Shown: positions 12,201 to 26,317, counted from the stretch's first letter. The stretch: DNA of 64,000 nucleotides from a virus (IMGVR_UViG_3300031519_000019:6921-70920), one strand, 5' to 3'. Made by a program: numbers and translations. Notes: generated from the letters alone by a model not told the origin.

Positions 12201-15200
12201 TACCAACATCAAACTTTGATAAAATTTATAGAATATTGCCTCACCAAGTATATGATAGTTATTCAGATTACGATCATAAGCCGTTCCCGACAACCGTAGT
12301 TACTAACGAATATATTAAATCTACAGGATACGTTAATGAAGATGATGTTACATTTGTTGCAAGCAATATCACTGAGTTATCGGCGGCTGATGTTAATAAT
12401 ATATCACTAGGCGATTATATATGGGTATCAAATTCTACTAGTGAAACTTGGACAGTTTATCAATTGGTCTCTGCTGACGTTAATGTAATAACATCAACAG
12501 TACTGCGCAATCAGTATGCAACCAATGGGCTTCCATTAGTTGAACTTACACTTGATAAATGGGCAAGTGATATTTTAAATGTTGATGACATTGTTGGTAT
12601 TAAGTATGCACAAACTTTTAATGCATCCGGCATGTATCAAATTGACAGTATTGATCTTAACAAAATTAACGTTAAAGTAAGTTCTACAAATAATATATTA
12701 GACTTTGACACTCAAAAATTTACGTTAGTAAAGTTACGAATTGTAAGGATTGATTCATTAACCGAGTTAAATTCTACAATACAACAAACACTATATGGTA
12801 ATCAACGAATTTGGGTAGACAATTATTTAGACGACTGGAAAGTATTAGAAAATAATGCAGTTTATGAAAATAGACAAACTATAACAAATCCGTCTTTGTA
12901 TGATAGCACCTTACAAGAATTTAGTAAATCATTAGCAGTGACTACAGATAACAACAATGTATTTGTATCTGCTCCTGGTGCAGGAAATGGAGTTGTTTCA
13001 TACTTTAGAAGAACTAAAGAAAATTGGAATCTTCAATTAGATCAAGAAATAAGTTTAGATAATGAATTTGTAAACGAATGGTTGCCAGATACATTTTACG
13101 TAATTAATTCTAAAATAGTTGTTATATCAGGCGGCATAACACGATATTATGTAGCTATTATTGCGCATACAAGCAGCGCAACTTTTAGTGCCGTCGGCTG
13201 GACCGAAGTAGTAAATCCAAGTATATATTTAGACTCGTATAATTCTAAATTTGGTGAAAGTATTGATGTATCGCCTGATGGCGAATATCTAGCAATTGGC
13301 ATTCCAAACGCAAGCAATGTGTTAACAAAGTATCTGGATAACTTTGATCCAGATACTACGTATGAAAAAAATCAAATAGTAAAGTATCGTGAAAGTTTTT
13401 GGAAAGCAAACAGACAGATTATTCCACAAATTGGATCGCAACCATTTTCGACATTTGACACATACATTAATATTGCTAACTCAACAGATGCTGATAGCAC
13501 AAGTTTAGTATTATTAGTTGCAGGTGATCCTGGATTAGAAAATAATACAGTAGACCACTTATTAGTACGTGCGCCAAGTGATATGTATTTAGGTACTAAG
13601 TCGGGCGATACTATTAATCTATATTGGAACAGGCGTAGTTACGCATATCCTACATTAGATAACTATCTTCCGTTTGATAATATTATTCCAGAAATTACAG
13701 CGGACTGGTTAAGTCAAGATCATGAAATTATAGAAAAAATTGATCATGTGTTTTATATTGATACATTTGTAACATTGCCAGTAGTTGGTAATATTGTTAC
13801 CACTGATACTGGCAGTGCAACTGTTACATATGTTGGAATCCGTAGAGATAGTGCAGTAATTTACTTAAAAGACTCTGCTGGTATTTTTAATATTACAGGC
13901 GAATTGTTTATTGATTCTATAGATTTTGTAGGTTTTTATTCTGAAGAAGCAACATATAATACGACTACAAGCGTAAATGGTTTTTGGTACATTAATACTG
14001 GATTTGAGTATTCAAACAACGGTTCTTATTATGACGTAGGGCGAGGTCTAGTATATGCTGATGTTAAATTACAGTCTTCTATTAGAAACACTAATCAGTA
14101 TTATAATATTCAAACTACTGTAGCTAATATTGGATCGTATGTTAATAATAAAAATCAAGTTAGTTTCATAACTCAACTTTCATATTACGGCGACCCCGCT
14201 GGCGTAGAAGCACCCCAGCCGAGTAATTTATGGGTAGTTCGTGCTGGCAAAGATTACACAGCTAGTAGTATTAATATTGATGATAGTATTGAATTTAGAT
14301 TATATAATCTAGATAACCGTGAAATTAATCTAATACCAACAGGATTATCCTATGATATATTAAACAAGGCTCAAACAGTTGTTGATATATGGGACGGTTA
14401 TATTGATTTTGAATATACTCGATTTGACTTTGCTGGTAATGTATTTGAACCAATAATTGGTGACATATTAGAAGATGTACAAACGCCGCGCGACGGCGGC
14501 GGCGGGTTAGCAATTACCAGTACATCGACAAGTCGTGCAGAAGTAGTATTTTACCAAAGAAACTTTAATACAGTAAGAGTTTATGTTAAAATTGTTTCAG
14601 GTACATGGACTAAACTCAATAATATAGGCCGAGTTGAAGTTAGAAGACTTGCAAATATATCCGAACGCGGCGCAACTGATGTTAATCGTGTAATTGGCAC
14701 AATTAATGATTTTGATAATAATGTTGTAGTTGGCACAGCATTAGTTGGCAAATTAATTGTATTTGAAGCAGCAAATAACTTTGATGTTCTTGGAACATGG
14801 AATACAATACCGGCAATAGTCGATGAGGAATATTGGTTCTTCAATGAAAATATTGAACAAGGCATTGCTCGTGCAGCAAATCCTCCATACAGTCTAAACA
14901 AAGATTATACTCAAGTATACAACATTTCAGTAGACGAATTTGGTACACCGGGACCAGATAATGAAGGCGCAGTAGCAATATTTAGAAGAACAAGATCTGG
15001 ATCATATAGACTACAAAATATATTTGTTTCGGAATATAGAACTGAAAATAGACATTTTGGCTCAATTGTTAAAATAACACAATCTAATAATTATTATACA
15101 TTATTAGTAAGTAGTACAGGCAATGGTAGCAGAGAGCATCCCGGATCTATTGAAATATTTAGACACGGTACAAAGCCAACAGACGCATTTAAAGGCGACT

Positions 15201-18200
15201 ACAAAAATGTTCCTTATGCTATAGGCGATATTGTAGTTTACCAAGATGAGTATTACCGTGCTAATAAAGATGTTTCTGCGGTTGATGACTTTATCCGTGA
15301 TCCTATTTATTGGACTAAGATCAGCTGGCAGTACGGTAAAGATAAAAATTATAGAGGCAACTTTGATAATTCTTATAGATATGCACAAGACAGTATTGTA
15401 GTATATGAAAATAAGTTATATCGCGCAAACACTAACATTGCAGCAGGAGCAGCGTTTACTACAGCTAGTTGGACAGAAATTGACAGCGGTGTTGATTATT
15501 TAGGATATTTGCCTAATTTAACAGCAAATAAATTTTACAACGAAGAAGTATACGATCCTATAACAAACATATTACAATTTAGTAAAAGTTTCGATATAAG
15601 TGCTGATGCTCAGGTATTAGTGGTTACTAGTGAACAAGTGCAGGCCGACAGCACATCTAATGTAAACTTAGTAATATATCGTGCAATTGAAGATAAATTT
15701 GTAGTTTCTCAAGTTATACCCGCACCTACAAATGTAGACGGTTGGGGCGACAATGTTAGCATGAATCCTGCTGGAACTCAAATTGCCGTTAGTGCAGCAT
15801 TAGACGACACTAACAAAATTGATCAAGGTGTTGTTTATGTTTATACGCAAGTTAACGGACAATTCGATACAGAAGCAGTACAATCGCTAACCCCGCCAAA
15901 CAATGAAGAATCAGAAAAGTTTGGATATAGTATAAGTTTTGGAAATGACAATCTTGTAATATCAAGTTTAAACGGCGATCAAAAAATTCCAACTACTTTT
16001 GATATTTCTACAGGTACAGAAACTACATTTGATAATAAGTTTACAAACTTTAAGAATATCAAACTTGATAAAGGTATTGTATATGTATACGAAACTGTTG
16101 AAAATAAATTAATTTATTCTGAACAGTTTAGATATCCATTAACTCAAACAACATTTGGCGAAGCAATTTTTACTAATGATAATCATGTATATGTTGGCAT
16201 GCCAAATCAAATTGACGGCGATACAAAAGGAGCAGTAGTTGACTTCCGTAAAGTTAAAGGAACATTTGCATGGAATACAATCAGAGAAAGTATTAAACCA
16301 GTTGATATAAGCAAGATGCGCGGCGCATTCTTATATAATAAACGCGATAACGAAATTATTAGTTATATAGATTATATCGATCCTATACAAGGAAAAATTG
16401 CAGGACCTGCAGAACAAGAAATTAATTTTAAAACAGGATTTGATCCTGCAACATATAATACAGGACTAACCTCTGACTATTCAGTTGATACTACTAGATA
16501 CTGGGGATCTGAACATGTAGGTAAAGTGTGGTGGAATATACGCACTGCTAAGTTTTTATATCCGTATCAAGGATCAACATCCTTCCAAAAAAATAATTGG
16601 AGTAAACTTGCAACCGGAGCATCTATCGATGTATACGAATGGGTACAGAGCGCATACTTGCCAAGCACGTGGGATAGTTTAGCAGACACTGCTAATGGGA
16701 TAACTCAAGGCATTAGTGGAACTAGCTTATATAGTGATGCAAGATTTACTACACAGCTTACGTACGACAACATAAGTCAGCAATTTATTTCTACATATTA
16801 CTTTTGGGTAAAAAATAAACTTACTATTCCAAACAATAGAAATTTAAGTGTATATGATATTGCTAATTTAATTGCTGATCCAAGGGCGCAAGGTTATAGA
16901 TATTTGAGCTTATTAGGAAATGATAAATTTGTTATTAATAATTGTGAAAAATTAATTACTAATGATGATATTGTGTTGAACATTAAATTTTCAACTGGTC
17001 CTAAGGAAGCGCAAAACTTACATACCCAATACCAACTGTTAAGTGACGGCGTAGTGTCAAGCGTTCCTAATGCAGATATTGAACGTAAATGGTTTGATAG
17101 TTTAATTGGGGTTGATACTAATAATAGAGCAGTACCTGATAAAAATATTCCGGTCAAGAATCGTTATGGTGTTCAAAATCGTCCACGTCAGGGCATGTTT
17201 GTAAATAGATATGAAGCACTTAAACAATATATTGAGCGAGTAAACATAGTACTTAAAAAAGTATTATTGGTTGACGAAAATGATATTAGTTTGTTAATGA
17301 GAAAAGAACCTTTACCGACTATGATTAATGGCGACTACGATATTGTTACTGATAGCGCCGACGATCTTCAATACGTTAGTACAAGTAAAATTACTCAAGC
17401 AATATTAACACCAGTAATTATTAACGGAAAAATAACAAGAATAATAATTGAAAACGCAGGTCGTGGATATAAAGTTCCACCGAGTTATGTAATTAATGGC
17501 GTAGGAACAGATGCGGAATTTGAAACTACAATCAATAATTTAGGTCAAATAACTGGAATAACAATTATTAACCGAGGCAACGGGTACAACGAAAACACAA
17601 CAATTAATGTAAGACGCTTCACTGTGTTAGTTGAAGCTGACGCCACTGTATTTGGCAAGTGGGCATTGTATTCTTGGAATACTAATACTCAAACATGGTT
17701 TAGAAAAAGTATTCAAGATTACGATGTATCTGCATACTGGGACTATATTGATTGGTATGCAACGGGATATAATCAATTTTCAAGTATTAGTTACACGGTT
17801 TCAGAATCTTACCAATTATTTGCGATTGAAGATTCGTTAAACGATATTATAAAAATTGAAAATATTGGATCCGGTGGATGGTTATTGTTACAAAAAATTG
17901 ACAATCAAGATACTGAAGATTACACAATTAACTATAAAACTATAGGCCGTCAAAACGGAACTATACAATTTAAAGATACATTGTATGACTATAGTAAAAA
18001 TACTGTCGGGTTTGATAACAGAAGTTTTGATAGTTTCTTTTATGACAATAATCCTTCTACAGAATTAAGAATTATTCTTGAAGCAATTAGAGACAGTATT
18101 TTTGTTGTTGATTTAGCAGTTGAATACAATCAATTATTTCTTGCATCTATAAGATATATATTATCAGAGCAACCTGCAGTTGATTGGGTATTTAAAACTA

Positions 18201-21200
18201 GTTTTATTAAATCTAAACATAATCTAGGCGAATTAAAAAGAGATATTACATTTAATAATGATAATTTAACAAGCTATGAAGAATATATTGATGAAGTTAA
18301 ACCATATTCTACAAAAATACGCGAATTTATAAGTAGTTACACTTCTACGGAAAATACTAGTAGCAGTACTACAGACTTTGATTTAGCACCCGAGTATGAT
18401 AGAATATCTAAATCAATTGTTGCAAGTAAAGCTAGATTGATTGATGGCGTTATATTTGGCGCACCAAATAGTACAGCAGTTTATCCTAGAAAACATTGGT
18501 TAGATAATGTAGGTTATAAAGTAACTAGTATTAAAGTTGGCAATGTAGGTAGCGGTTATACAACAGCACCAACAGTGACCCTTGTAGGTGGCGGTGGCGC
18601 TGGGGCAACTGCAAAAGCATATTTGGGATATGGCACAGTTACTGGTATAGAAGTAATTGACTCTGGCAGCGGATACACATCTGCACCAACAGTAGTAATA
18701 CAAGGTTCTCAAACTAATAATAGTATTGCTGCAACAGCGTCCGCTATATTAGGTAGCGGGTTAGTACGTTCGTCTACTATTAAAATTAAATTTGATAGAA
18801 TAACTGGATCATATACTTTTGAAAATCTTGCTGAATCTGAGTCCTTTACTGGAACTGGTGCTGAATTGCGCTTTTTCTTAGAATGGCCAATGGATTTAAA
18901 TATTAAAAAGGTTAAAGTATATGTTAATAATGAAGAACAACTTCGTAGTAAATACACTTTTGAAAATATCAAAAATACTGATAAAACTTATACTAGAGAA
19001 CAAGGCAAGATATTATTTACAACACCGCCTGCTCTCAATGCAGTAATTAGAGTAGATTACTATAAGCCTTTGAGTATGTTAAGTGCAGAAGACAGAATAC
19101 AATTTGCATATAATCCTCTAAGTGGAATGTTTGGCAAAGACTTAGCACAATTAATGACAGGCGTTGACTACGGCGGCGTTGAAGTACGCAGTCTAGATTT
19201 TGCAGGCACTAGCGGCTGGGATAGTCAAGGATGGTATACTGATACATGGGATACATTTGACAATAGTTTTGAAGATGAAATTTTTACAGCAGACGGCTCG
19301 ACTATATTTGTAGAAGTATCAAGACCTTTAGAATTAGGTGTTGTTTACACTCTCTACAAAAACGGTGTAAGAATTGATGATCCTAACTTCACTACTGGCA
19401 CCCCTACAAATATAAATGCTATTGTAAACAGTATTACAGGCGACGGTACTACTACTATTATTGATCTAGACGAATTGGGAATTCGGATGTTAGATGGTGA
19501 TGTGTTAATTGTTCGTAAAATTACTAGCGACGGTAGTATTATACCTGATCCAGATAGTTATGATACTGCGTTATCAGGCGGCGATTTAGCATATTCAACT
19601 GCAAAAGGTATCAATGCAGAAGAAATTATTGTAGATGGTGACGGATTTGTAACTGCTACAACAAGTGGAGGTCCAGAGGAACTTGTTCCGGGACAAGTTC
19701 TTGATACTCTAGATATTAAAGTTTATACTAGAGACAGCAACGGCCAAGGCTTAATTTATAGTCAAAGTTACATAATGGATGCTACAGTATCAACTTACAA
19801 CTTAGGTGTTGTTCCTAGTACTGGCTCTGCAATATTTGTTAAAGTAGATAATATTTTACTTAATGATACTGAATATTCAATTGATTGGGCAAATAACACT
19901 GTTGCAATAACTACACCAGTTGACGGTGCTGAGCTTAATATCATGTCACAGGCAATTGGCACTGCAAATATTACCGATTACGGTAGACTAGTTGCAATAG
20001 AAGGTCAAACAGAATACCAAACACTAGTCCGCTGGATAGAAGGTAGCAGTATATTCTTAACAGTTAATGGCATCACTACTTCGGTTGTAATTTTTGAAAA
20101 TAATAGTAAGACGTCTATTAGATTCGAAACACCACTAGGTGCTGGAGATATTATCAATTATACATTATTTGATAATACTTCGCAAGTAAATTACAGCCAA
20201 GTTACAAAGGATACATTTACAACAAATGGTATTTTAGATAAGTTTGTATTACAAAATGCACCTTTCTATTCTATTCCTAACGAGCATAACATTATTGTAA
20301 AATTAGGAAATAGTATTTTAAATGCTGGATACAACATACAATATGTTATACCTGCAAATAATCAAAGAGAATATCAATTAGAATCATTCCAACATCCAGT
20401 AGGCTCGCTTGACACTACTGATGTTAAATTATTCTTAAACGGAGTTGAACTATCGGCACCAGTACAATGGCGTTTTGATATTGCTAATAGTAACGTTGTA
20501 TTGTCAACTGAATACGGTGTCCCAGGCGACTTAATAGAAATATTTGTTATTACCGATGGTGATTATAGAATAGACAATAATACAATTACTCTAGACTCTG
20601 TACCAATGGCGGGACAAACATTGGAAGTATATCAATATTCAAATCATGATATATTGCAAATTGAACGTATAAATTATGATGTAGTTGCAAGAGATACTAT
20701 TATTCCAGAGGACGTTAATTATATTACATACAGTAGATTAACTGTTGGCGAAATTACATTACGTACACCTGCAATTGATGCTCAATATGTTTGGGTTATT
20801 GTTAATGGCGAATTATTAACACCTAGTGTTGATTATTATGTAACTAACGATAGACAACGAGTTCAATTAGTAAATCGTCCTGCACTTAATGATGTAATTG
20901 ACATATTACACTTTACAGCTTCTGCTAATGTTGCTAGATTTGCTTATAGACAATTTAAGGATATGTTGAATAGAACACATTTTAAACGTTTAGATATTGC
21001 TACTACTTCACTTGCACAGCCATTAAACTATTACGATTTAAGAATTGAATTAGTTGATGGTAGTGAATTAGCAGAACCTAATAAAGGTCGTAACTTGCCA
21101 GGTATTATTTTTATTGACGGAGAGCGTATTGAATATCTAGTAAAAGATAATAATACATTGCGTCAACTACGTAGAGGAACATTAGGAACTGGCATTAAGA

Positions 21201-21667
21201 CAGTGTATGAAACTAGCACTAATGTATATGATCAAAATATTAGTAAGACAATTCCATATAAAGATAGAACACTTGTACAGAATTGGGAAAAAGATGAAGT
21301 TAACGGATTAACAAATACATTTACAACAAAATTTAAAATAGGCTCAGTGGACGAAATTGAGGTATTTACTGCTGGAACACGTATGCGTAAAACACAAATA
21401 TCAACATTTAATCCTACAATTGCACTTGATAGTCCTGAAGGTGACGAAGTTGTTGCTAGTGAATTTACGCTAATTAATACATTCGACGAATTTGGTGAAA
21501 TAGAAAGTAGTAGTGTGGTGCTAAATAGCCCTCCTTTAGCTGAAACTAAAGTAACAGTTGTGAAAAAAGTGGGCCAAGTATGGACAGAAGAAGGTACAAC
21601 GTTGGGTGACACAAGAAATTCAATTGCACAATTCTTACGTGCAGGAACATCTGCGCTACCTGAATAA
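6293..21667 (+). CDS. Giant (5124 aa) baseplate/virion structural protein, gp7-position, with propeller-like, CBM-like and GxGY repeats
   Basis: Single uninterrupted ORF coupled to the gp6 stop (TAATG). Contains FG(E/Y)S(I)xxS propeller-like repeats, W/F-x4-Y-x2-G/N-x2-VxY repeats and GSGYTxAPTV repeats typical of large myovirus virion proteins. Confidence 0.75.
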   Translation: MAYNNNQNESALPVPGNDKRTSVDFLPKFFRSEANRKFLQSTLDQMIQPGVAEKLNGYIGRETAKAFVPSDNYIADVSAARKNYQLEPAIVIKDNVDNVTFYKDYNDYINQLKVFGSNTTDHSRLNGQETYAWNPNIDWDKFVNFREYYWLPNGPISIPIRGQSRDIVSTYSVSILNEDDNNTYVFNDGFEKNPTLKLYKGQTYRFNISTINEPFAFAISRTFTPGIEVLDPNVSTLYNDGITKFDADGNTVTTEYIESGTIEFTIPINAPDNLYYISKNNIDTSGVIRIYDVEENTFLDVTADVIGKKYYTSSNGVELSNGMKVIFQGDITPVQYESSQWYVEGVGSAIKLINEQDLVIPAAYSTEQLVPYDADNFDVLPFANASAYAATKDYIVINRASPDRNAWSRYNRWHHRDVILKSAAYNNIPETIDEVNRAKRPIIEFEAGLKLNNFGSFAKQDVDLVDTYTLDVFSTIEGQIGYNVDGIDFADGMRILFTADTDNLVNGKIYQVNFINVNNTRQISLVEATDSYPQDLETVLITEGKFYAGKSFYYFNNKWNLAQEKTTTNQPPLFDVCDVNGNSFSNDTYYGSTTFNGTKVFSYAVGTGTNDIELGFPLSYRTIENSGDIVFNFNLSNDTFEYQDENDLFTQEIKSGYLKKYTDLNTLTYVNGFSSTPTNSKQWVIKQYSATNLQLNNFKIDVYDNAGSLNDLTTVVYLNNNIQLQLRDYEIDRINNHAYVRFYNDLTVNDVVKLKTNSSTIKNTNGYYEFPYNLERNPLNADISEFTLGEVIDHVDSMIEDLRNFNGVYPGNGNLRDLGELDHFGKRFVKHSGPINLPLYHVTNKDYNIIKALKYSETEYARFKRIFLETAESLGFDGATKQHVDRILQEVNSDKLKSQPFYFSDMLAYGPSNRIEYTVLDERTTAYAISSLFNLNTLSAKSVTVYLNGVQLSHIIDYTFNNQGFVEIVANQAEGDIIEIYEYESTDGSFIAPTPTKLGLFPKYVPELTIDDTFQSAEPTSTGPFKIYGEIASGYTSAGTRGWFYPVYTTKSAANQADIDNNGAGTSHSHQFVGLSRILYMPSTSANHGVADNVEIEAYPVGIAFVRGHDGSYVRAYLDFRDELLLELEKRIFNNIKVEYSSDLLDVNEFTGGDFRTGEFTKTEIDNSLLSNFTQWLRLVDNDYTTNYFYDRNNEFTFNYSNMNTPNDALLPGFWRGVFIRAYDTDRPHTHPWEMLGLTIKPTWWDTVYGPAPYTSDNLILWRDLEEGKIAEPNKAIVFNKKYARPGLSNFIPADTQGRIRSPISANYAKNFNLRLTTQNFKFGDHAPVETAWRRSSHYPFAVLSAFLLNKPAKVMGLGFDVSRITRNLAGQWVYTPTNLPIVIADVQLPNTYVSLSRTLTAGLVNYIYNLVASNVLSVYEDYKSDLSNLSNQLGFKIGGFTDKKKFNLILDSRSPSQSQGRSGIFIPQENYDVFINTSSAIELAIYSGVAIEKTAAGYIIRGYNLESPYFEYYPVQSASKKITVTIGGISETATEWQEAKMYSQGQILEYNNKFYRVKTTFTSNTAFDTDNLAILAALPIVGGKTAEFYRNFNQSKILTLTYGSKLSSSQEVVDFLLGYSARQEDVGFILNNVSNDGSVVDNWDTAAREFLFWTTQGWASGTVITLSPGASKLEFEKDYTVVDDLTDKFYNYSILKADGQPLSAEFNSLLRKNNSFGIETNNTDDGLFHIAFPLVQKEHVVLLDNTTIFNDVIYQPATGYRQERIKVSGYRADGWNGSLDIPGFVFDDAKYSNWSQWKDYTIGDLVKYKQYYYVAIENIPGALNFNTNVWSRLNEKPVPELITNFDYRINQFTDFYDLDSDGFDSEQQKIAQHLIGYQKRNYLQNIIPDDISQFKFYRGFIADKGTMNALTKLFDALGDANIDNLEFYEEWAVQIGRYGATDDIQQVEYNIKQSDILESPQAVELVNFLPTSNFDKIYRILPHQVYDSYSDYDHKPFPTTVVTNEYIKSTGYVNEDDVTFVASNITELSAADVNNISLGDYIWVSNSTSETWTVYQLVSADVNVITSTVLRNQYATNGLPLVELTLDKWASDILNVDDIVGIKYAQTFNASGMYQIDSIDLNKINVKVSSTNNILDFDTQKFTLVKLRIVRIDSLTELNSTIQQTLYGNQRIWVDNYLDDWKVLENNAVYENRQTITNPSLYDSTLQEFSKSLAVTTDNNNVFVSAPGAGNGVVSYFRRTKENWNLQLDQEISLDNEFVNEWLPDTFYVINSKIVVISGGITRYYVAIIAHTSSATFSAVGWTEVVNPSIYLDSYNSKFGESIDVSPDGEYLAIGIPNASNVLTKYLDNFDPDTTYEKNQIVKYRESFWKANRQIIPQIGSQPFSTFDTYINIANSTDADSTSLVLLVAGDPGLENNTVDHLLVRAPSDMYLGTKSGDTINLYWNRRSYAYPTLDNYLPFDNIIPEITADWLSQDHEIIEKIDHVFYIDTFVTLPVVGNIVTTDTGSATVTYVGIRRDSAVIYLKDSAGIFNITGELFIDSIDFVGFYSEEATYNTTTSVNGFWYINTGFEYSNNGSYYDVGRGLVYADVKLQSSIRNTNQYYNIQTTVANIGSYVNNKNQVSFITQLSYYGDPAGVEAPQPSNLWVVRAGKDYTASSINIDDSIEFRLYNLDNREINLIPTGLSYDILNKAQTVVDIWDGYIDFEYTRFDFAGNVFEPIIGDILEDVQTPRDGGGGLAITSTSTSRAEVVFYQRNFNTVRVYVKIVSGTWTKLNNIGRVEVRRLANISERGATDVNRVIGTINDFDNNVVVGTALVGKLIVFEAANNFDVLGTWNTIPAIVDEEYWFFNENIEQGIARAANPPYSLNKDYTQVYNISVDEFGTPGPDNEGAVAIFRRTRSGSYRLQNIFVSEYRTENRHFGSIVKITQSNNYYTLLVSSTGNGSREHPGSIEIFRHGTKPTDAFKGDYKNVPYAIGDIVVYQDEYYRANKDVSAVDDFIRDPIYWTKISWQYGKDKNYRGNFDNSYRYAQDSIVVYENKLYRANTNIAAGAAFTTASWTEIDSGVDYLGYLPNLTANKFYNEEVYDPITNILQFSKSFDISADAQVLVVTSEQVQADSTSNVNLVIYRAIEDKFVVSQVIPAPTNVDGWGDNVSMNPAGTQIAVSAALDDTNKIDQGVVYVYTQVNGQFDTEAVQSLTPPNNEESEKFGYSISFGNDNLVISSLNGDQKIPTTFDISTGTETTFDNKFTNFKNIKLDKGIVYVYETVENKLIYSEQFRYPLTQTTFGEAIFTNDNHVYVGMPNQIDGDTKGAVVDFRKVKGTFAWNTIRESIKPVDISKMRGAFLYNKRDNEIISYIDYIDPIQGKIAGPAEQEINFKTGFDPATYNTGLTSDYSVDTTRYWGSEHVGKVWWNIRTAKFLYPYQGSTSFQKNNWSKLATGASIDVYEWVQSAYLPSTWDSLADTANGITQGISGTSLYSDARFTTQLTYDNISQQFISTYYFWVKNKLTIPNNRNLSVYDIANLIADPRAQGYRYLSLLGNDKFVINNCEKLITNDDIVLNIKFSTGPKEAQNLHTQYQLLSDGVVSSVPNADIERKWFDSLIGVDTNNRAVPDKNIPVKNRYGVQNRPRQGMFVNRYEALKQYIERVNIVLKKVLLVDENDISLLMRKEPLPTMINGDYDIVTDSADDLQYVSTSKITQAILTPVIINGKITRIIIENAGRGYKVPPSYVINGVGTDAEFETTINNLGQITGITIINRGNGYNENTTINVRRFTVLVEADATVFGKWALYSWNTNTQTWFRKSIQDYDVSAYWDYIDWYATGYNQFSSISYTVSESYQLFAIEDSLNDIIKIENIGSGGWLLLQKIDNQDTEDYTINYKTIGRQNGTIQFKDTLYDYSKNTVGFDNRSFDSFFYDNNPSTELRIILEAIRDSIFVVDLAVEYNQLFLASIRYILSEQPAVDWVFKTSFIKSKHNLGELKRDITFNNDNLTSYEEYIDEVKPYSTKIREFISSYTSTENTSSSTTDFDLAPEYDRISKSIVASKARLIDGVIFGAPNSTAVYPRKHWLDNVGYKVTSIKVGNVGSGYTTAPTVTLVGGGGAGATAKAYLGYGTVTGIEVIDSGSGYTSAPTVVIQGSQTNNSIAATASAILGSGLVRSSTIKIKFDRITGSYTFENLAESESFTGTGAELRFFLEWPMDLNIKKVKVYVNNEEQLRSKYTFENIKNTDKTYTREQGKILFTTPPALNAVIRVDYYKPLSMLSAEDRIQFAYNPLSGMFGKDLAQLMTGVDYGGVEVRSLDFAGTSGWDSQGWYTDTWDTFDNSFEDEIFTADGSTIFVEVSRPLELGVVYTLYKNGVRIDDPNFTTGTPTNINAIVNSITGDGTTTIIDLDELGIRMLDGDVLIVRKITSDGSIIPDPDSYDTALSGGDLAYSTAKGINAEEIIVDGDGFVTATTSGGPEELVPGQVLDTLDIKVYTRDSNGQGLIYSQSYIMDATVSTYNLGVVPSTGSAIFVKVDNILLNDTEYSIDWANNTVAITTPVDGAELNIMSQAIGTANITDYGRLVAIEGQTEYQTLVRWIEGSSIFLTVNGITTSVVIFENNSKTSIRFETPLGAGDIINYTLFDNTSQVNYSQVTKDTFTTNGILDKFVLQNAPFYSIPNEHNIIVKLGNSILNAGYNIQYVIPANNQREYQLESFQHPVGSLDTTDVKLFLNGVELSAPVQWRFDIANSNVVLSTEYGVPGDLIEIFVITDGDYRIDNNTITLDSVPMAGQTLEVYQYSNHDILQIERINYDVVARDTIIPEDVNYITYSRLTVGEITLRTPAIDAQYVWVIVNGELLTPSVDYYVTNDRQRVQLVNRPALNDVIDILHFTASANVARFAYRQFKDMLNRTHFKRLDIATTSLAQPLNYYDLRIELVDGSELAEPNKGRNLPGIIFIDGERIEYLVKDNNTLRQLRRGTLGTGIKTVYETSTNVYDQNISKTIPYKDRTLVQNWEKDEVNGLTNTFTTKFKIGSVDEIEVFTAGTRMRKTQISTFNPTIALDSPEGDEVVASEFTLINTFDEFGEIESSSVVLNSPPLAETKVTVVKKVGQVWTEEGTTLGDTRNSIAQFLRAGTSALPE

Positions 21668-21670
21668 ATA
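21664..21670 (+). promoter_or_regulatory. T4-late-like promoter box ATAAATA overlapping the stop of the giant gene
   Basis: GAATAAATA followed by AGGA and ATG 21688. Confidence 0.45.
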
Positions 21671-21687
21671 CAGTATAGGAAATTTAA

Positions 21688-22290
21688 ATGAGCGATAACA
21701 TGCAAGATACAAACGGAGTACTAGTTCAAGGGCATATTAAAATATTTGACCCTGAAACTCAAAAAGTTTACATTGACAAGCGCAATGCAATTCATTATGA
21801 AAATATGAGTGTTGCACTTGCAGAAAGCTTGAGTAACGCAGGACGAGGTTTTATTTACGAAATGAGTTTTGGTAACGGGGGAACAAGCGTTGACCCTACT
21901 GGAATAATTACGTACTTAACGCCTAATAGCACAGGTACAAATGCAAGTTTGTATAATCAAACATATACTAAAGTTGTTGACGATCGAAGTGTTAATAATA
22001 TTGATCCTACTCGAAACAAATTAGAAACACGACATGTAAGCGGAACTAACTATACTGATATTATTGTTAGTTGCTTATTAGATTATGGTGAACCAAACGG
22101 CCAAGATGCATTTGATACTGCTGGTTCAGCAGATTCTTTATATGTTTTTGATGAATTAGGACTTCGCAGTTATTCCCCCGACGGCACTGGTAGATTAATT
22201 ACGCATGTTATTTTTCACCCAGTGCAAAAAAGTTTGAATAGATTAATTCAAATTGATTACACTGTCCGTGTACAAAGTTTAGCAGGTTAA
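21688..22290 (+). CDS. Conserved virion protein, probable baseplate/fibre-attachment subunit
   Basis: 200 aa between baseplate and fibre genes; EMSFGNGGT...LYNQTY...FDELGL loosely resembles tail-fibre N-terminal/collar attachment domains. Confidence 0.5.
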   Translation: MSDNMQDTNGVLVQGHIKIFDPETQKVYIDKRNAIHYENMSVALAESLSNAGRGFIYEMSFGNGGTSVDPTGIITYLTPNSTGTNASLYNQTYTKVVDDRSVNNIDPTRNKLETRHVSGTNYTDIIVSCLLDYGEPNGQDAFDTAGSADSLYVFDELGLRSYSPDGTGRLITHVIFHPVQKSLNRLIQIDYTVRVQSLAG

Positions 22291-22300
22291 GGATTATATA

Positions 22301-24361
22301 ATGGCATACGAAATTAGATATACCGATACTGTTAACAAAGGGTCAATTGTTATCGAAGATGGCACACTTAACAGTGAAACAAGTTTAAGTTTACCAGGAC
22401 GATTTACAACAGCATACGGTCAAGCAGTAAGTGAAAACTTCTTACATTTATTAGAAAATTTTGCAAATGATGCAGCGCCAAGTCGTCCTGTAGAAGGACA
22501 AATATGGTATGATACTTCTGCAAATGTTAATCAATTAAAAGTATATGATGGCACAAATTGGGTAGCAGCCGGCGGCCTAAAAAAAGCTAGTTCGGAACCA
22601 GCAGTTGCAAATAGTTTAGCAGGCGATTTGTGGGTAAACACTGATAGTCAACAGCTTTATTTGTTTACTGGATCTGCATGGATATTAGTAGGTCCTAGTT
22701 TTTCCGACGGTTTGCTCACTGGAGCGCAGGCACAAAATATTGTCGGAATAAACGATGTTAGTTATAATGTGCTTGCTATTAAAGTTGAAGATGAGCCGGT
22801 GGCAATTGTTAGCAGTCAAGCATTTGTTCCCAAAACTGCAATTAAGGGGTTTAGGACAGGCATTAATCCCGGATTTAATATTAGTAACGAAGCATTAGTT
22901 GGTGTACAAGCACTAAAATATTATGGCACTGCTGAAAAAGCGGAAGCGCTAGTAGTAGCAGGTACTACGGTTGCTGCTACTAACTTCTTAAGAGGCAATG
23001 CTAGCTCAACTACTAACTTTGACTTAAATATTAAAAACAACGAAGGTGTTACAATTGGCACTGGTGGCCAGCTAACAATTGGTGTCGACGGCGAAGCAGG
23101 ATTAATTCAGCACAACACTAGTGGTGCAAACATTGATATTAGATTGCGTAACGGTACATTAACTCCAACTGTAGTAAGAATAGATTCGCAAGGGTTAGTT
23201 GGTATTAATAATAGTGCTCCGGAAGAGGCGCTTGATGTTAGTGGCAATATAAGAGTTGTTCCGAGATCAGGAGAACCTGATTCTGGATATTTACAAATTT
23301 CTAGTACAATTGATAGTACAGATTTAAGTATTGGTAGTTTTGTTACTTCCGGTGGCGCCGCAATAGCTAAAAACATAATTGTTGGTGGCGACATTAATAT
23401 GATTGGTGAAGGATCGATTATTTCTGCTAATATTCTACCTGATTCAAACTCAACTAGGGCCTTAGGTAGCGCATCATTAAAATATAATCAAATTTATGCA
23501 ACTACTTTTTATGGAAACATACAAGGCAACGTAAGCGGCACGGTTAGTGGTAGAGCAGGTTCGGCAGATCGATTAGCAAGTGCTACAACGTTTGCATTGA
23601 GTGGCGATGTAGAACCTAATAGTTTTGCGTTTGACGGACAAACAGGCGGTAGTACTAAGACATTTAATGTATCAATTGCTAATAGCTTTATATCTAATAA
23701 AACTGTAACATATGATGCTGGCAATGCAGATGAATTATTATTAAACGTAACAACTGGCACAACCGGCGTTTACAGAATTACAAAACGTAATTTCTTAAAA
23801 ACTATTCCGTTAGTGCCGGCAGGCTCTATTATGCCGTTCGGCGGGTCTGATGCACCTGCTGGCTGGTTAATATGTGATGGTAGCGAAGTTAAACGTTCAG
23901 ACTTTACTGAATTATATAATGTTATTAGATTTAATTTTAGAGATCCTGCGTTATTGTCAGATAACGGCGTTAATTATTTTGCATTACCCGACATGAGAGG
24001 TAGATTTCCATTAGGTCTTGATAACCTTGGCGGTCCAAGTGCTAATCGAGTTACTAATGCTGCGGCAGATGCAATTGGCGGCAACTTAGGTGCAGAAACT
24101 ACTACTATTGGCATTGATAATTTACCTGAACACGAGCACGACTTAGAAGGCAATACAGGAAATCAATATTATGGAATTAGAGTAGCTGCTGGCGAAGCAG
24201 AAGATGCTGGAGCAATTACACTTTCGATTGAACCAGGACTAGGCGGTACACAAGGACTTGCACAAAGCGGTGGGGTAAAAACAACAAGTTCATTAGGTAA
24301 TGCACTTAATGTAATGAATCCATACTTAGCATTAAATTATATAATTTACACTGGACAATAA
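22301..24361 (+). CDS. Tail fibre protein with C-terminal phage tail-collar domain
   Basis: C-terminal PAGSIMPFGGSDAPAGWLICDGSEVKRSDFTELYNVI...LPDMRGRFPLG...MNPYLALNYII is the gp12-type collar motif; N-terminus is shared with the next two genes. Confidence 0.85.
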   Translation: MAYEIRYTDTVNKGSIVIEDGTLNSETSLSLPGRFTTAYGQAVSENFLHLLENFANDAAPSRPVEGQIWYDTSANVNQLKVYDGTNWVAAGGLKKASSEPAVANSLAGDLWVNTDSQQLYLFTGSAWILVGPSFSDGLLTGAQAQNIVGINDVSYNVLAIKVEDEPVAIVSSQAFVPKTAIKGFRTGINPGFNISNEALVGVQALKYYGTAEKAEALVVAGTTVAATNFLRGNASSTTNFDLNIKNNEGVTIGTGGQLTIGVDGEAGLIQHNTSGANIDIRLRNGTLTPTVVRIDSQGLVGINNSAPEEALDVSGNIRVVPRSGEPDSGYLQISSTIDSTDLSIGSFVTSGGAAIAKNIIVGGDINMIGEGSIISANILPDSNSTRALGSASLKYNQIYATTFYGNIQGNVSGTVSGRAGSADRLASATTFALSGDVEPNSFAFDGQTGGSTKTFNVSIANSFISNKTVTYDAGNADELLLNVTTGTTGVYRITKRNFLKTIPLVPAGSIMPFGGSDAPAGWLICDGSEVKRSDFTELYNVIRFNFRDPALLSDNGVNYFALPDMRGRFPLGLDNLGGPSANRVTNAAADAIGGNLGAETTTIGIDNLPEHEHDLEGNTGNQYYGIRVAAGEAEDAGAITLSIEPGLGGTQGLAQSGGVKTTSSLGNALNVMNPYLALNYIIYTGQ

Positions 24362-24364
24362 AAC

Positions 24365-26278
24365 ATGAGTTATCAACTAAACAAGACAGACGGAACACTG
24401 CTAACAGATTTAATCGACGGGCAAATTGATAATAGTAGCACTAACCTTGTGTTAGTTGGTAGAAATTATTCAGGGTACGGTGAATATTTTAATGAGAATT
24501 TTATTAAATTATTAGAAAGTTTTGCAAATACTGCTGCTCCTAGCAATCCGTTAACTGGCCAAGTTTGGTGGGACGTGACCGACCAGCGATTAAAAGTATA
24601 TGACGGTAACGTTTGGAAAGCAAGTGGCGGCCCGTTTGTACAATCAAGTCGTCCTCAAATGGTAGCAGGTGACTTATGGATTGATAATCTAAATAACCAA
24701 TTGTATGCGTTTGACGGTGCAGATACTATTCTAATTGGTCCGCAATATACAGCAACTCAAGGTAAAAGCGGATTTGAAATTGGAAGTTTGTTAGATTTAC
24801 AAAGCCGTTCAAGAACTGTGGCATATTTGTACATTGGCGGAATTCTGTCAGGAATATTTAGTAATATAGAATTTACACCAATATACGCTCAACGGATTAC
24901 TGGATTAATTACAGCAACAAATCCTAATGGAACAATATTTGAGGGTTTTAATATTATAAACAAAGATACATTTAAGTATCTTGGTATTGCAACTGGCGCA
25001 AATGCTCTTGTAACTGGAACAGGTGCTATTAGAACAGCTGACCAGTTTTTGCCATCAGACTCAAACGGTATTACAGTTGGTACACTAACTGTACAAAACT
25101 CAGGTGGTTTAACAATTGGTCTATCACAAAATAACGTACAAAAAGTTGTAGGACCTCGTTTTTATATTGAGAACCAACTTACTGATCATGACTTATCTTT
25201 ACGGGTCAAGTCAAGTGCTTACGGTTCTGTTACCGTAGATGGTATCTATATTGATGCAAGTGCAGGTAAGGTTGGTATTTTTACAACTAACAGATTGCCA
25301 GAATACACATTAGATGTGAACGGCGATCTAAGAATTACCGGAAATTTACTAGTCGAAGGTGCAACTACAAGTATCGATGTTGCAACGTTACGAGTAGAAG
25401 ATAAAAATATTGAAATTGCTAAAACAGCAGCAGGCGCAACTCTTACTGGTCTAAATGCAGATAATGCTGGCCTAATATTAGACACATCTGATTCTGGGCA
25501 AAAATTATGGACTTGGAAACAAATACCAAACGCATGGACATCTAATGTTCATACAAACATTAGTGATACTACTAAATCTTTTATGATAGGCGGCGTAGTA
25601 AAGTTATCTAACACTACCTTAGAAGAAACTGTTATTAATAGTAATTTAGAAAATCTTGGTACACTTACAGAGTTACAAGTTGATGAAATTAACGTCAACA
25701 GTAAAACTATTAGTTCAACTAATGATTTAAGAATAGTATCTAACGCCGGTATATCAATTACCGGAAATGGCGACATAAATGTTACTGACAATCAAAAGAT
25801 TACTGGTGTTAAAACAGCTAATAGTGCAAGGGCAGTAATAGTTAATCCGTCATTAACTGAAGACACTGATGATACAGTAGCAACAAAGGGCTATGTAGAT
25901 AGTGAAATATCAACTGAGCCAATAGTTTTTAGCATGGATATCACAGGACTTGGAGCTGGGTCGACACTACAGTCATCAGTTGCTTCTTATCTTAACGATT
26001 TATATCCGCCAGCATTAGCAAACAATACAAAAATTGCACGTATTCACGCTACCTCGTATGCAGGCGCAACTGTGTCGGGTGTAAACGTAGAAGCAATTAA
26101 AAATCTAAGTGTTATTGCAGTAGACTCTAACGGAACACAAAACGAATCAGTAGTTCAAGATATTGCATTTGATGCCGGAGGCGCATCGGGGTTAGTACAA
26201 CTTACACCTTTGCGCTCATTAATGACATACAAATCTTCGGGCACTACTTGGGTATACCAATCAACCGTAGCATATTAA
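24365..26278 (+). CDS. Tail fibre/baseplate-associated fibre protein (paralog 2)
   Basis: N-terminus LVGRNYSGYGEYFNENFIKLLESFANTAAPSNPLTGQVWWD is paralogous to 22301 and 26318; KVGIFTTNRLPEYTLDVNGDLRI is a fibre repeat. Confidence 0.75.
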   Translation: MSYQLNKTDGTLLTDLIDGQIDNSSTNLVLVGRNYSGYGEYFNENFIKLLESFANTAAPSNPLTGQVWWDVTDQRLKVYDGNVWKASGGPFVQSSRPQMVAGDLWIDNLNNQLYAFDGADTILIGPQYTATQGKSGFEIGSLLDLQSRSRTVAYLYIGGILSGIFSNIEFTPIYAQRITGLITATNPNGTIFEGFNIINKDTFKYLGIATGANALVTGTGAIRTADQFLPSDSNGITVGTLTVQNSGGLTIGLSQNNVQKVVGPRFYIENQLTDHDLSLRVKSSAYGSVTVDGIYIDASAGKVGIFTTNRLPEYTLDVNGDLRITGNLLVEGATTSIDVATLRVEDKNIEIAKTAAGATLTGLNADNAGLILDTSDSGQKLWTWKQIPNAWTSNVHTNISDTTKSFMIGGVVKLSNTTLEETVINSNLENLGTLTELQVDEINVNSKTISSTNDLRIVSNAGISITGNGDINVTDNQKITGVKTANSARAVIVNPSLTEDTDDTVATKGYVDSEISTEPIVFSMDITGLGAGSTLQSSVASYLNDLYPPALANNTKIARIHATSYAGATVSGVNVEAIKNLSVIAVDSNGTQNESVVQDIAFDAGGASGLVQLTPLRSLMTYKSSGTTWVYQSTVAY

Positions 26279-26283
26279 AAACG

Positions 26284-26290
26284 ATAAATA
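26284..26290 (+). promoter_or_regulatory. T4-late-like promoter box ATAAATA
   Basis: Intergenic GATAAATA followed by AGGGG and ATG 26318. Confidence 0.55.
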
Positions 26291-26317
26291 ATACAAAGTA
26301 TTAGGGGTTAAACTAAC

